A DNA stretch of 64,000 nucleotides from an uncultured Candidatus Saccharibacteria bacterium (lineage in GTDB: Bacteria > Patescibacteriota > Minisyncoccia > Phycocordibacterales > UBA12445). The notes below the pieces were generated by a model that saw nothing but the letters and a program-made list of their open reading frames with translations, was not told the origin of the DNA and did no database searches. The stretch lies in NCBI GenBank assembly GCA_964649715.1, contig CAZYTH010000002.1, positions 2,248-66,247 on the forward strand, read 5' to 3'. Position 1 is the stretch's first letter. Each line of letters opens with the position of its first letter. Below are positions 38,462 through 47,921 of this stretch, piece after piece. The position numbers were made by a program, and so were the translations under genes.

Positions 38462-39730
38462 ATGAATTTTGAAGGACCGCAATCAATCCCAAGTAGTATA
38501 GAGAAAAAAAAGACTCAAGGGGAAAGGGAGCAATGGGAAGAAGAAATAAAAGATATTATTGAGATTGAGGATAATTTGGCGGAGATGCAGATATCCGAGG
38601 AATTAAAACAGAAATTATCTTTAAGTATTTCTAGGACAAAAGAAAAATATAAGAAGAATGTTTTGGACGTTGTTGAAAAACTAGGAAAGACCGAGAGGGA
38701 GGCCAGGGTAATGGTTATTGATAATTTAAAAAAGAAAATAGATTTTGTTAGAGAAAATGAAGAAAGGATATTGAGATTGTCTCGAGCAATAGAATCTTCC
38801 GTTGTTTTGGGTGAATTTATTGCTTTGAAATTTGAAATTACGGAATTACTTTCTAATGCTAGGGATGAATATAAGATAGAGAAAAACGAGGATATTTTTG
38901 AGTATCTAATATCTGATGAACTTGCTGAGTCAATAAAAAATCAATCATATAGTGTTTCAGAAAGGGAAACATATTTACCACTTGTTGATGAACGAGAGAC
39001 AGAAGATGGTGGTGATGGATGGTTACGAGGGGATGGTAATAGTGAGAGTTCGGTGGTATTGTTGGACACGTTGCATCACGGAGAAAAAGTTTTCTATCAA
39101 AAGGTAATGATAAGAAAGATGATAGAACTTTTCGAAGAGACACCAAAAGAAAAACAAGTCGAATCCCTTACAAACATCGATTTTTTTATAAACGCTATTT
39201 CCGATTCGTCTTGTAACGGTCTCAATTTTTCTTATGAGAGAATAAAAAAGAGAGATAAAAAAGATGCGACAGGGAATATTTTAGAAAAAGAGTTATCTAT
39301 TAGAATAAATGGAGATTCTGCTGTTTTAATTTTTGTTCCAGAGGAGGATATGATATATCAATGGGGTGTTACTGAGGACACAGAAGGTTTTGATTTCCTA
39401 ACACCGCTTAATAGCGAAAACCCACATAAAATAAAAGATATAAAAAACGGGTTTAAGTTGGGTTTTGGAATGTTGGAGTATGGTGAGAGGCTTATTGGTT
39501 CGGAAGGGGTTTTTAATTTTCCGAGTTCAGCTCAGGTTGTAATGGCGTCTGACGGTATTTTTGATTCCAAAAATATTTTGTCCGGAAATGAGAATACTGT
39601 TCAGAAATTAAAAAATTTTATTGAACAAAGCCGCTCGGGAGGGGACAACAACTTGGCTTTATATCTAAAGAAAATTTTCAGTGACCCGAAGACAAAATTA
39701 GAGGATGATACGACAATATTAGAAGTTTAA
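38462..39730 (+). CDS. coiled-coil protein with C-terminal PP2C/SpoIIE-like phosphatase domain
   Basis: DTLHHG (GHG-like), MASDGIFD and terminal EDDTTILEV match PP2C/SpoIIE motif order. Confidence 0.45.
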   Translation: MNFEGPQSIPSSIEKKKTQGEREQWEEEIKDIIEIEDNLAEMQISEELKQKLSLSISRTKEKYKKNVLDVVEKLGKTEREARVMVIDNLKKKIDFVRENEERILRLSRAIESSVVLGEFIALKFEITELLSNARDEYKIEKNEDIFEYLISDELAESIKNQSYSVSERETYLPLVDERETEDGGDGWLRGDGNSESSVVLLDTLHHGEKVFYQKVMIRKMIELFEETPKEKQVESLTNIDFFINAISDSSCNGLNFSYERIKKRDKKDATGNILEKELSIRINGDSAVLIFVPEEDMIYQWGVTEDTEGFDFLTPLNSENPHKIKDIKNGFKLGFGMLEYGERLIGSEGVFNFPSSAQVVMASDGIFDSKNILSGNENTVQKLKNFIEQSRSGGDNNLALYLKKIFSDPKTKLEDDTTILEV

Positions 39731-39953
39731 AAATAAATTATGATGATAGAAGGACCAGTAAAGGATATTGAGGGAGATAGAAATTTACCAAAAATAGAGC
39801 CCATACCCGGGGTTCCACCAATAGAACCGACAGAAAAGAAGGATGTGGATCATTCTACTGAAAACCCGAATGAAACTCCCAAAAACATTCATCCTTATTT
39901 GGGTCACAATATAGACATAAAAGCTTAGTTTATTTTAGAAGATAAAAATAAAT

Positions 39954-40166
39954 ATGGAACTAATAAATGTTTTGTATCTTTTGGTAACGGTTCTTTTTGG
40001 GGGTACTGTATTTGCATGGGTGAATGTTTTCTTGGAGTTCACTAAGGTTTGTAAAGCTTGCAATACAGAAGGGGTGAATATTTTTTGGTCAAAATGTTTT
40101 TGGGGTGCTATGTTTTTCACTCTATCTTTTATTCTGTCTGTTTATGCAACTTATCTCGTGAGATAG
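39954..40166 (+). CDS. hypothetical small membrane protein
   Basis: Two TM helices. Confidence 0.25.
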   Translation: MELINVLYLLVTVLFGGTVFAWVNVFLEFTKVCKACNTEGVNIFWSKCFWGAMFFTLSFILSVYATYLVR

Positions 40167-40200
40167 TTTTTTGCTTTAAAATATTTTTTGTGCTTTTATC

Positions 40201-40545
40201 TTGTTAGGATTGAATGTACATTATAACGGGGGTGTAAATATGGACACGAAAGATATTGATCTGCTTAAAATGCAAGAAGCAACCGGTTTGTCTGCCAAGA
40301 GATTGAGTCAAATACTTGAGCAAGAAGAATTTGATGAGACACCAAAATCTTTGAGCTTTGAAGAAGCAAGAGAGGAATATATATCTTGCAAGGTTGGTTG
40401 TGTTAAAAAAATAAAGACCCTAATCCACTGGATATGCCTTGCCAAGACATTGGATCAATTAGAAGAGGTTTTCGGACACACCATCTCTGGAACTTATGAA
40501 GAACAAATGGTTGTTATAAAGATGACCTATTTCTTTCGTAAATAA
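40201..40545 (+). CDS. hypothetical protein
   Basis: 114-aa ORF; likely true start at MDTKDIDLL (40240). Confidence 0.25.
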   Translation: MLGLNVHYNGGVNMDTKDIDLLKMQEATGLSAKRLSQILEQEEFDETPKSLSFEEAREEYISCKVGCVKKIKTLIHWICLAKTLDQLEEVFGHTISGTYEEQMVVIKMTYFFRK

Positions 40546-40640
40546 CCAAAAGACGCCATTTGCGCGTCTTTTTTAATTTTAGTTAATTTAAAATATCACC
40601 TAATATTCCAATAATTTTCTAGTTTCTAAATTAATTAAAT

Positions 40641-41207
40641 GTGCTATATTGGATAAGATTAAAATTTAATCAAAATAAAATGAAAAGATTATTTATTGCG
40701 TTGGAGGTTCCGGAGAACCTGAAATCAGAAGTCGTTGTTTGGAAGGATAAGCATTACAGCCTTCCTGTAAGGTGGATACCGAGCAGTGACTTACATATAA
40801 CAATTGTTCCCCCGTGGGATGAAGAGGACCCTGAGGGTGTTATAGAAAAATTGGACACAATTCAGGGAAAGACGGGATCGATAAGGGTTTCTTTTGATAG
40901 GGTCTCGATTGGTCCAAACAGGAGATTTCCGAGACTTATCTGGGCAACCGGAGAGGTGCCTCAGAGAATGCTTGTGCTTAGGGAATTGATCAAGAATACT
41001 TTAAGTAAGATTAGTGATAGGAATGTTTTTTTCACCCACTTAACAATGGGTAGGTTTGAGGAAAAGGATTTAGAAAAGTTTCCTGGGCAGAGATTAAGTG
41101 AAGATGTTGATTGGCTTTGCTTTTCTGAAAGTATACTTCTTATGGAAACTAAGATCGGGGATTCGGGCGTTCCTGAATACGAGATTTTGAAAAAAGTTAC
41201 AATATAG
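40641..41207 (+). CDS. thpR: RNA 2',3'-cyclic phosphodiesterase / 2'-5' RNA ligase (2H phosphoesterase)
   Basis: Two H-x-T/S-x motifs (DLHITIVPP and FTHLTMGRF). Probable true start at MKRLFIALEV (40680). Confidence 0.65.
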   Translation: MLYWIRLKFNQNKMKRLFIALEVPENLKSEVVVWKDKHYSLPVRWIPSSDLHITIVPPWDEEDPEGVIEKLDTIQGKTGSIRVSFDRVSIGPNRRFPRLIWATGEVPQRMLVLRELIKNTLSKISDRNVFFTHLTMGRFEEKDLEKFPGQRLSEDVDWLCFSESILLMETKIGDSGVPEYEILKKVTI

Positions 41208-41261
41208 TTTTTGAAAATAAATTAAAACAACCCCATTTATTTGGGGTTGTTTTAATTTATT

Positions 41262-41576
41262 TTAGTGATCTTTTTTTCTCCCTTTTCTCTCCCGCAATAT
41301 CTCAAGGGCCTTGTCTTTGGCTTTATCCATTGAGTAGATAAGACTGTCTCCCTCAGCTCGCGCCCTCATTACTTCATTGTCTATTCTAAAATTTAGTTCT
41401 GTGAAAAATATATTGCCTGATTTATGTTTGTTTGTTAATTTTCCTATCTCCGCATTTACATATGACCCGTCATCATCTTTCGTGAACTTCTCTAGGGCCT
41501 CAAGTTTTTTATCGAGATAATTACTAATGTCAGGGGTTAGTTCTATGTTTGACGCTTTAATATTTTTATTTATCAT
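41262..41576 (-). CDS. hpf: ribosome hibernation promoting factor (RaiA/YfiA family)
   Basis: MINKNIKASNIELTPDISNYLDKKLEALEKF matches the S30AE N-terminal pattern. Confidence 0.7.
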   Translation of the reverse strand: MINKNIKASNIELTPDISNYLDKKLEALEKFTKDDDGSYVNAEIGKLTNKHKSGNIFFTELNFRIDNEVMRARAEGDSLIYSMDKAKDKALEILRERKGRKKDH

Positions 41577-41659
41577 TTTTTAATTATTATTTTATAACTG
41601 TATAGATTTTAACAGATAAATTATTATTACCAAAATTTTTTTGTGTTATAATTCCAAGA

Positions 41660-43534
41660 ATGAACATCAGAAAGATGCCACTTATAAATTATACAATGGT
41701 TTTTGTCCTATCTTTTCTCTTGATGGTGTCTTTGTTCAATATTTCTTTTGATATAGAAATTTATATATTTTATTTAGCTCTTTTGGGTGCATTCCCAATA
41801 TTTAAAGATTCTGTAAAAGATATTTTTTTTGAACACAAAATAACACTCGATGTTTTTAACAGTTTCGTGTTAGTTGTCGCATTTCTGGTAGAGGAGCCCA
41901 GGTCAGCTGCTTTTATAGTTTTAATGCTTTCTTTCGCAGATATTTTGGAAGGCAAAACAATTTTTAGGGCCAAAAGGGCGATAGAGGAATTATTAAAACT
42001 CAATCCATCGGAAGCGATCATAGAAAAAGATGGTTCTCATGTTGTGGTAAATATAAAAGAAGTTCGGGGTGGCGATATTGTTGTGGTAAAAAATGGTTCA
42101 AGGATACCAGTTGACGGTAAAATAATATTTGGGAAAGCTATGATAAACGAGTCTTCTGTGAGTGGCGAATCAGTACCTGTTTTTAAGGTTGTCGGTGAAG
42201 ATGTTTTCGGGTCCACACTAATTGAGTCGGGTCTTATAAAAATATCAGCCACAAGAGTGGGGGAGGATTCTACACTAGAAAGAATGGCATTCCTCATAAA
42301 GAAGGCTTCTCTGTATAAATCAAAACCGGAAAAGATCGCCGATAGATTTGCCTCTTTTTTCTTACCATTTGTTGTTTTTTTGGGCATATTGGCTTTTTAT
42401 TTAACGGGAGATATAAAAGCTGTTATCTCAATATTTTTGGTTGCTTGTGCCGATGATATGGCAGTAGCTATTCCGCTTGCAATAACCGCATCTATGGGGA
42501 GAGCGGCAAAGAGAGGGGTAATAATAAAAGGGGGAGAGTGGTTGGAAAATATTTCCAAAATAGATTCTTTTGTTTTTGATAAAACAGGAACATTAACATA
42601 TGGAATTTTGAAACTCGAAGAATTTTATCTGAGTCCGGAAGTTTCAGAAGAAAAATTTTGGAAAAGTGTGGCCATTGCAGAAAAATTTTCAGAGCATCCA
42701 TTTGGGCGGGCTATTTTTAAAGAGGCGGTATCTAGGATTTCGGATATACCAGATCCAGAAAGTTTCGAGATTCATGAAAACAATGGCGTGTCTGCTTTGT
42801 GTGGTAAAGAAGAAGTCGTTATTGGTAATGAAAAGCTGTTTGATAAATTTGATATTAAGTTAGAAAAAGATATCAAGAGGATGATTGACCTGAGAATGGG
42901 TCTTGGCGGGAAAACCGTTTCTCTCGTGGCTCTTAATGGGGAGATCATGGGTTTTATTGTGGTGTCGGATGTTATTCACAATACAGCGAAAGAAAGCATA
43001 GATAGAATTAGGGGACTGGGAATAAGGGATATCATTATGTTTACAGGAGACAACGAGTCAACGGCAAAAGAAGTTTCCGAAAAACTTGGCATAGGAAAAT
43101 ATGAATATAAAATGACTCCGGAAATGAAATTAGAACTGTTAGACAAAATGATTAAGGATAAAAAAGTTGCAATGGTGGGAGATGGAATAAACGACGCCCC
43201 ATCGCTTGCAAGGGCTGATGTGGGTATTGCTATGGGTGGAAATGGTATAACTGTTGCCACGGAATCGGCAGACATTATAATTGTTGGCGGTCGGCTCGAT
43301 AGGATACCTGAAATGATAGAATTAGGAAGAAAGACCATGTCTGTCATAAGATTAGATATCGCAATATGGTTTGTGACTAATTTTGTAGGTTTTTCTCTTG
43401 TTTTTGCCGGTGTTATTGGTCCGATGTCAGCTGCTTTTTATAATTTTATAACAGACTTTATTCCTCTTATAAATTCGGCTAGATTATTCGGAGAAAAAAG
43501 GCAGGTTGAACAAAAAAACACCCAACCAATATAA
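41660..43534 (+). CDS. P-type ATPase with P1B-like core, lacking HMA domain; CPC motif replaced by A-D-D
   Basis: DKTGTLT, TGDN and MVGDGINDAPSLA motifs. VACADDMAVAIPLAITASMGRAAKRGVIIKGGEWLE aligns to the CopA [12 protein letters not shown]...[17 protein letters not shown]. Confidence 0.75.
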   Translation: MNIRKMPLINYTMVFVLSFLLMVSLFNISFDIEIYIFYLALLGAFPIFKDSVKDIFFEHKITLDVFNSFVLVVAFLVEEPRSAAFIVLMLSFADILEGKTIFRAKRAIEELLKLNPSEAIIEKDGSHVVVNIKEVRGGDIVVVKNGSRIPVDGKIIFGKAMINESSVSGESVPVFKVVGEDVFGSTLIESGLIKISATRVGEDSTLERMAFLIKKASLYKSKPEKIADRFASFFLPFVVFLGILAFYLTGDIKAVISIFLVACADDMAVAIPLAITASMGRAAKRGVIIKGGEWLENISKIDSFVFDKTGTLTYGILKLEEFYLSPEVSEEKFWKSVAIAEKFSEHPFGRAIFKEAVSRISDIPDPESFEIHENNGVSALCGKEEVVIGNEKLFDKFDIKLEKDIKRMIDLRMGLGGKTVSLVALNGEIMGFIVVSDVIHNTAKESIDRIRGLGIRDIIMFTGDNESTAKEVSEKLGIGKYEYKMTPEMKLELLDKMIKDKKVAMVGDGINDAPSLARADVGIAMGGNGITVATESADIIIVGGRLDRIPEMIELGRKTMSVIRLDIAIWFVTNFVGFSLVFAGVIGPMSAAFYNFITDFIPLINSARLFGEKRQVEQKNTQPI

Positions 43535-43564
43535 GGTTCGGTGTTTTTTTGATTTTTATTTTAG

Positions 43565-44128
43565 TTATATTATTTTCTCTATATCTCCAGACAAACCAGA
43601 AGCATCTCCTTCGACTCCATCGATGTTTCCTATTATGTTTGTGACGTCTCCTTTGAGGTTGGTAGCATTTCCGAATATATTACCCACATTTCCGCTTAGG
43701 TTTGTTATGTTTCCCGATAGTTTGCTTACGTCACCATATAAATCAGAAACATCACCGATAATTCTCGTGGTATCTCCGTCGATATGCGTAACATCTCCTC
43801 TTACGTTTGTAACATCTCCCTTGATGGTTGTAACGTCTCCGATTATCCCACTTACATCGCCACGTATTCCACTTACGTCGCCTTTTATGTTGCTAAGGTC
43901 TCCTACGATGTGTGTTACGTCTCCTCGTACGTTGCTTGCGTCTCCAAATACCCCACTTATATCTCCTTTGATATTACCCACATTTCCCTTGATTTTGTGA
44001 ACTCCTATGTCTCCATAAATATTTGCTACGCTTCCCTCCACTTCTCCGAAATTCCCCCAAATATTTTTGTGTAGGCCAGTTATTTTTTCTGTGTTCGTTT
44101 GATCTCTTTTGATTATTCTCGTTAACAT
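43565..44128 (-). CDS. tandem heptad-repeat protein, about 20 copies of [S/T]-x-I-x-G-[D/N]-[V/I]
   Basis: 21-nt DNA periodicity. Convergent with the ATPase and shares a hairpin terminator at 43535-43565. No signal peptide seen. Confidence 0.45.
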   Translation of the reverse strand: MLTRIIKRDQTNTEKITGLHKNIWGNFGEVEGSVANIYGDIGVHKIKGNVGNIKGDISGVFGDASNVRGDVTHIVGDLSNIKGDVSGIRGDVSGIIGDVTTIKGDVTNVRGDVTHIDGDTTRIIGDVSDLYGDVSKLSGNITNLSGNVGNIFGNATNLKGDVTNIIGNIDGVEGDASGLSGDIEKII

Positions 44129-44269
44129 TTTTTTGAATTAATTCATTAATTGTAGATATAAATATACCAGTAAGAGGTTTTTTTTTCAACAAAATTAAAT
44201 TAAAATTAGCAAATGAATAAATATTAAAAAAGTGCTATAATCTAAAGCAATTCAATTAGTTTAAAGAAT

Positions 44270-45805
44270 ATGAAAAAATTAATTTATATCCTTGTCCTTG
44301 TCGTTGTCGTTTCCGTTTCTTTCTTTGTTTATTACCGGAGCAATGAAAGTGATATCTATGATTACGTTGTCGCGGAAAAAGGTAGTGTGGTACAGGAGGT
44401 TAGTGTCACTGGAAAAGTTAAACCTGTTTCAAGTGTGTCTTTGGCTTTTGATAGAACAGGCAAGATAACCAAATTTAATTTTGATGTTGGAGACCATGTA
44501 GTTGCTGGTGATATTTTGGTAACAATAGACAACACAGAACTTTATTCAACCCTAAATGAATCTCTTGCAAGTTTAAGGGCATCGGAGGCGAGGTTATTGG
44601 AAATAAAGAAAGGTGCCAAAGAAGAGGAAATTATTGTGTCACAGGCAAGAGTGTCTGGGGCGGACAATTCCGTAAGAGATTCAAAAATAGGTTTGGTTAA
44701 TTTTATAAAAGACTCATACACAAAGGCGGATGATTCAATAAGGAATAAAATAGATAAATTTTTTAGCAATCCAAGAAGCGCTAATCCTTCTGTTAATTTT
44801 GTTATAACTGATACTGTTTTGGGTTATGAAATAGAATTCAATCGTTTTGTTGTGGAGGAAAGATTAAAGAAGTGGGCAACGTCGATTGGCAACCTCTCCC
44901 TAGAAAGTGATCTTTCTGTCGCATTATTTGAAGCGAAAGATAATTTAAGCTTGATAAAGGGATTTTTAGATAAAGTTTCTCTTGCTGTTAACTCGCTTGT
45001 GCCAACATCTGAATTATCTCAAGCGACAATAGATTCTTACAAATCAGATACGTCGACAGCTAGAACAAATATTAATGCTTCGATATTAAGTTTGGCCTCA
45101 GCCGATGAAAAGTTGAGTACCGCTGAATCATCTCTTTTGATTGCGCAAAAAGAACTTGCGTTAAAACTATCAGGGAGTACTCCCGAGCAAATAAAAGCGC
45201 AAGAAGCTAACGTGGAGCAGGCTAAGGCAAGAGCGGACAATATTAGATCTCAAATAAACAAAACCATACTAAAATCTCCGATAAGTGGAGTGGTTACAAG
45301 AAGGAATTATGAGGTAGGAGAAATAGTAGCGATAAACTCTTCCGTTATTTCTGTAATATCAGATTTAAGTTTAGAGATAGAGGCCAATGTCTCAGAAGCA
45401 GATATTGCAAAAGTAAAAATAGGAGATATCGCAAGAGTCACTCTCGATGCTTATGGAGAGGAGATTAACTTTCCTGCTACTGTTGCCAAAGTAGATCCCG
45501 CAGAGCTAGTTATCGAGGGGATTGCTACTTATAAGGTCAGTTTTAGATTGATTGATAATGACAATAGAATTAAATCTGGAATGACAGCAAATATTGATAT
45601 TCTTACAAACAAAAAAGACAACGTTCTGACTATTTCCCAAAGATCCACTTTTACAAGAGAACAGACGAGATATGTTTTGGTGAAGGGGGTTGACGGTGTT
45701 CCCGCAGAAAGAGCGGTTGTTGTTGGATTACGTGGCTCAGATGGTTTGTTTGAGGTTATCTCCGGTATATCAGAGGGCGATTTTGTGTTAGCTTTTCCAA
45801 ATTAA
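44270..45805 (+). CDS. HlyD/MacA-like periplasmic adaptor (membrane fusion protein)
   Basis: N-terminal TM, biotinyl-lipoyl-like, long coiled-coil, beta-barrel and MP domains. Followed by ABC ATPase and permease genes. Confidence 0.6.
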   Translation: MKKLIYILVLVVVVSVSFFVYYRSNESDIYDYVVAEKGSVVQEVSVTGKVKPVSSVSLAFDRTGKITKFNFDVGDHVVAGDILVTIDNTELYSTLNESLASLRASEARLLEIKKGAKEEEIIVSQARVSGADNSVRDSKIGLVNFIKDSYTKADDSIRNKIDKFFSNPRSANPSVNFVITDTVLGYEIEFNRFVVEERLKKWATSIGNLSLESDLSVALFEAKDNLSLIKGFLDKVSLAVNSLVPTSELSQATIDSYKSDTSTARTNINASILSLASADEKLSTAESSLLIAQKELALKLSGSTPEQIKAQEANVEQAKARADNIRSQINKTILKSPISGVVTRRNYEVGEIVAINSSVISVISDLSLEIEANVSEADIAKVKIGDIARVTLDAYGEEINFPATVAKVDPAELVIEGIATYKVSFRLIDNDNRIKSGMTANIDILTNKKDNVLTISQRSTFTREQTRYVLVKGVDGVPAERAVVVGLRGSDGLFEVISGISEGDFVLAFPN

Positions 45806-45808
45806 AAA

Positions 45809-46552
45809 ATGGATTTTGTAAATGGACACAAAGAACCAATAATTATTTGTGATAATATTTGTAAGGTTTATAAAGACGATGGGGTGGAAACACCCGCTCT
45901 TTCCGGTATTTCTTTTTCTGTAAAACCCGGGGAATTTTTAGCTGTAATGGGACCTTCTGGTTCGGGAAAATCAACGCTACTCCATATTTTGGGTTTTTTG
46001 GATAGACAGAGCGGGGGAAATTATTTTTTTGATGGAAGATCAATGGACGAATTGAATGACGAGGAGCTTGCTATGACCAGAAACAAAAAAATGGGTTTTA
46101 TTTTTCAATCTTTTAATCTTCTGCCAAGGACTACTGTTTTAGATAACGTAAAATTGCCACTTCTTTATTCTGGTATTGTTGAAAGCGAATGGGAAAGTCG
46201 AGCTATTCGTGCAATAGAATCCGTTGGTTTGTCTCACAGGATATATCATGAGTCTTCTCAACTTTCAGGAGGGGAAAAACAAAGAGTTGCCATCGCAAGA
46301 GCTTTGGTTCTTAAACCTCAGGTTATTTTCGCAGATGAGCCAACTGGCAATCTTGACTCAAAATCAGGGCAGAAGGTAATGGAAATAATTCAAAAACTTA
46401 ACGAAGAAGAAGGGCATACAATACTTCTCATAACCCACGAGACATATACGGCTGAGCATGCGGAAAGGATTATTCATGTTAGGGATGGTAAAATAGAGAG
46501 AGACGAAAAAGTTTTAAATAGATTAAGGGCGGATAATGGTTTTAAAAAATGA
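45809..46552 (+). CDS. ABC transporter ATP-binding protein (MacB/LolD type)
   Basis: GPSGSGKST Walker A, LSGGEKQRVAIARAL signature, IFADEPTGNLD Walker B. Confidence 0.8.
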   Translation: MDFVNGHKEPIIICDNICKVYKDDGVETPALSGISFSVKPGEFLAVMGPSGSGKSTLLHILGFLDRQSGGNYFFDGRSMDELNDEELAMTRNKKMGFIFQSFNLLPRTTVLDNVKLPLLYSGIVESEWESRAIRAIESVGLSHRIYHESSQLSGGEKQRVAIARALVLKPQVIFADEPTGNLDSKSGQKVMEIIQKLNEEEGHTILLITHETYTAEHAERIIHVRDGKIERDEKVLNRLRADNGFKK

Positions 46553-47784
46553 GAATAAGACACACCATTAAGACAGCGGCAAAAGGATTGAGTTCCAATA
46601 AACCAAGGTCTGGTTTAACGATTCTTGGTATTGTTATCGGAATCACTTCGATAATGATGGTTATGTCGTTGGGCCAAGGAGCTCAAGATTTGATTCTGGG
46701 CCAAATACAAGGTTTGGGCGCCAAGACTATTGCGATAGTCCCAGGAAGACAACCAACAGGAGCTGTTTCCGCAGCTCAAACAATGAGCGACTCTTTAAAA
46801 CAAAAAGATCTTGAGCTTCTTAAAAATAAATCAAATGTGCCATATGCGATCAATGTTGAGCCGATAAATATAGGAGGTGGCGTCGCTGCTTTTGAGAACC
46901 AAACTTTTCAGTTGAGTATTTTTGGTTCTTCTGAATTCGTCCAAAAAGTTTATGACATGTCTCTTGATAGTGGACGCTTTATTGACGATTATGATGTTAA
47001 GAATAAGTCTTATGTCGTGGTTATCGGTTCTAGGGTTAAAGAAGAATTATTTGGAGGTGATGAGGCTATTGGTCAAAAAATAAAACTAAAAGGAATAAAT
47101 TTTAAAGTTATTGGTGTGCTATCTAAAAAGGGGCAAGGACTTGTAAATTTTGATGAGGTGGCGGTTATTCCTTACTCTACTGCCCAGCAGTACATATTTG
47201 GGATAAAACATTTTAATAGAATAATTGTTGAAATTGATAATGAGATAAATTTAATGGCATCTGTCCGGGATATAGAAAATACACTAAGAAACTCTCACAA
47301 TATAACAGATCCCGAAAAAGATGATTTTTATTTAATGACACAAGATGCCGCTATGGAACAAGTGGCAACGATTATGGATGTTCTTACTCTTCTACTTGCT
47401 GCAATTGCTGCAATATCTCTTGTAGTTGGTGGTGTGGGAATTATGAATATTATGCTTGTATCTGTAACAGAGAGAACCAGAGAAATTGGTTTAAGAAAGG
47501 CGCTTGGAGCAACAAGTAAAGATATAATGTTGCAGTTTCTGATCGAAGCAATAATGCTTACGGGTGTTGGTGGTATTATTGGAATTATTCTTGGTTCCGC
47601 ACTATCTTTTGTCACCTCTGTATTTTTAAGTAATTATGCTGGTCTTAACTGGGTTTTTAATTTTCCTGTGACAGCAGCTATTTTGGGTATTGCGGTGTCA
47701 TCGGTCGTGGGGGTTATTTTCGGTCTTTATCCTGCGAGACAAGCTTCTTTAAAGAGCCCGATGGAAGCGCTGAGATATGAATAG
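46549..47784 (+). CDS. ABC transporter permease (MacB-like periplasmic domain plus FtsX fold)
   Basis: N-terminal TM, about 220-aa periplasmic domain, C-terminal FtsX-type three-TM bundle with ERTREIGLRKALGA. Confidence 0.75.
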   Translation: MRIRHTIKTAAKGLSSNKPRSGLTILGIVIGITSIMMVMSLGQGAQDLILGQIQGLGAKTIAIVPGRQPTGAVSAAQTMSDSLKQKDLELLKNKSNVPYAINVEPINIGGGVAAFENQTFQLSIFGSSEFVQKVYDMSLDSGRFIDDYDVKNKSYVVVIGSRVKEELFGGDEAIGQKIKLKGINFKVIGVLSKKGQGLVNFDEVAVIPYSTAQQYIFGIKHFNRIIVEIDNEINLMASVRDIENTLRNSHNITDPEKDDFYLMTQDAAMEQVATIMDVLTLLLAAIAAISLVVGGVGIMNIMLVSVTERTREIGLRKALGATSKDIMLQFLIEAIMLTGVGGIIGIILGSALSFVTSVFLSNYAGLNWVFNFPVTAAILGIAVSSVVGVIFGLYPARQASLKSPMEALRYE

Positions 47785-47921
47785 AAAAAATCAAAACTCA
47801 ATCATCAAAATTGTGAATATTTAATGGTCTGAATTTTGATACTATTTTATTTTTAATCATTTGTGTATTAGTATAAATTCGTATATTCGCATCTTTTATT
47901 TATTGGCTTTATTCTTTAATT

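Noticed and set aside
43506-44000. Plus-strand ORF encoding proline-rich VTSPL repeats.
   Set aside because: It is antisense to the heptad-repeat gene and starts inside the ATPase 3' end. The convergent-terminator geometry and the start codon favour the minus-strand ORF.
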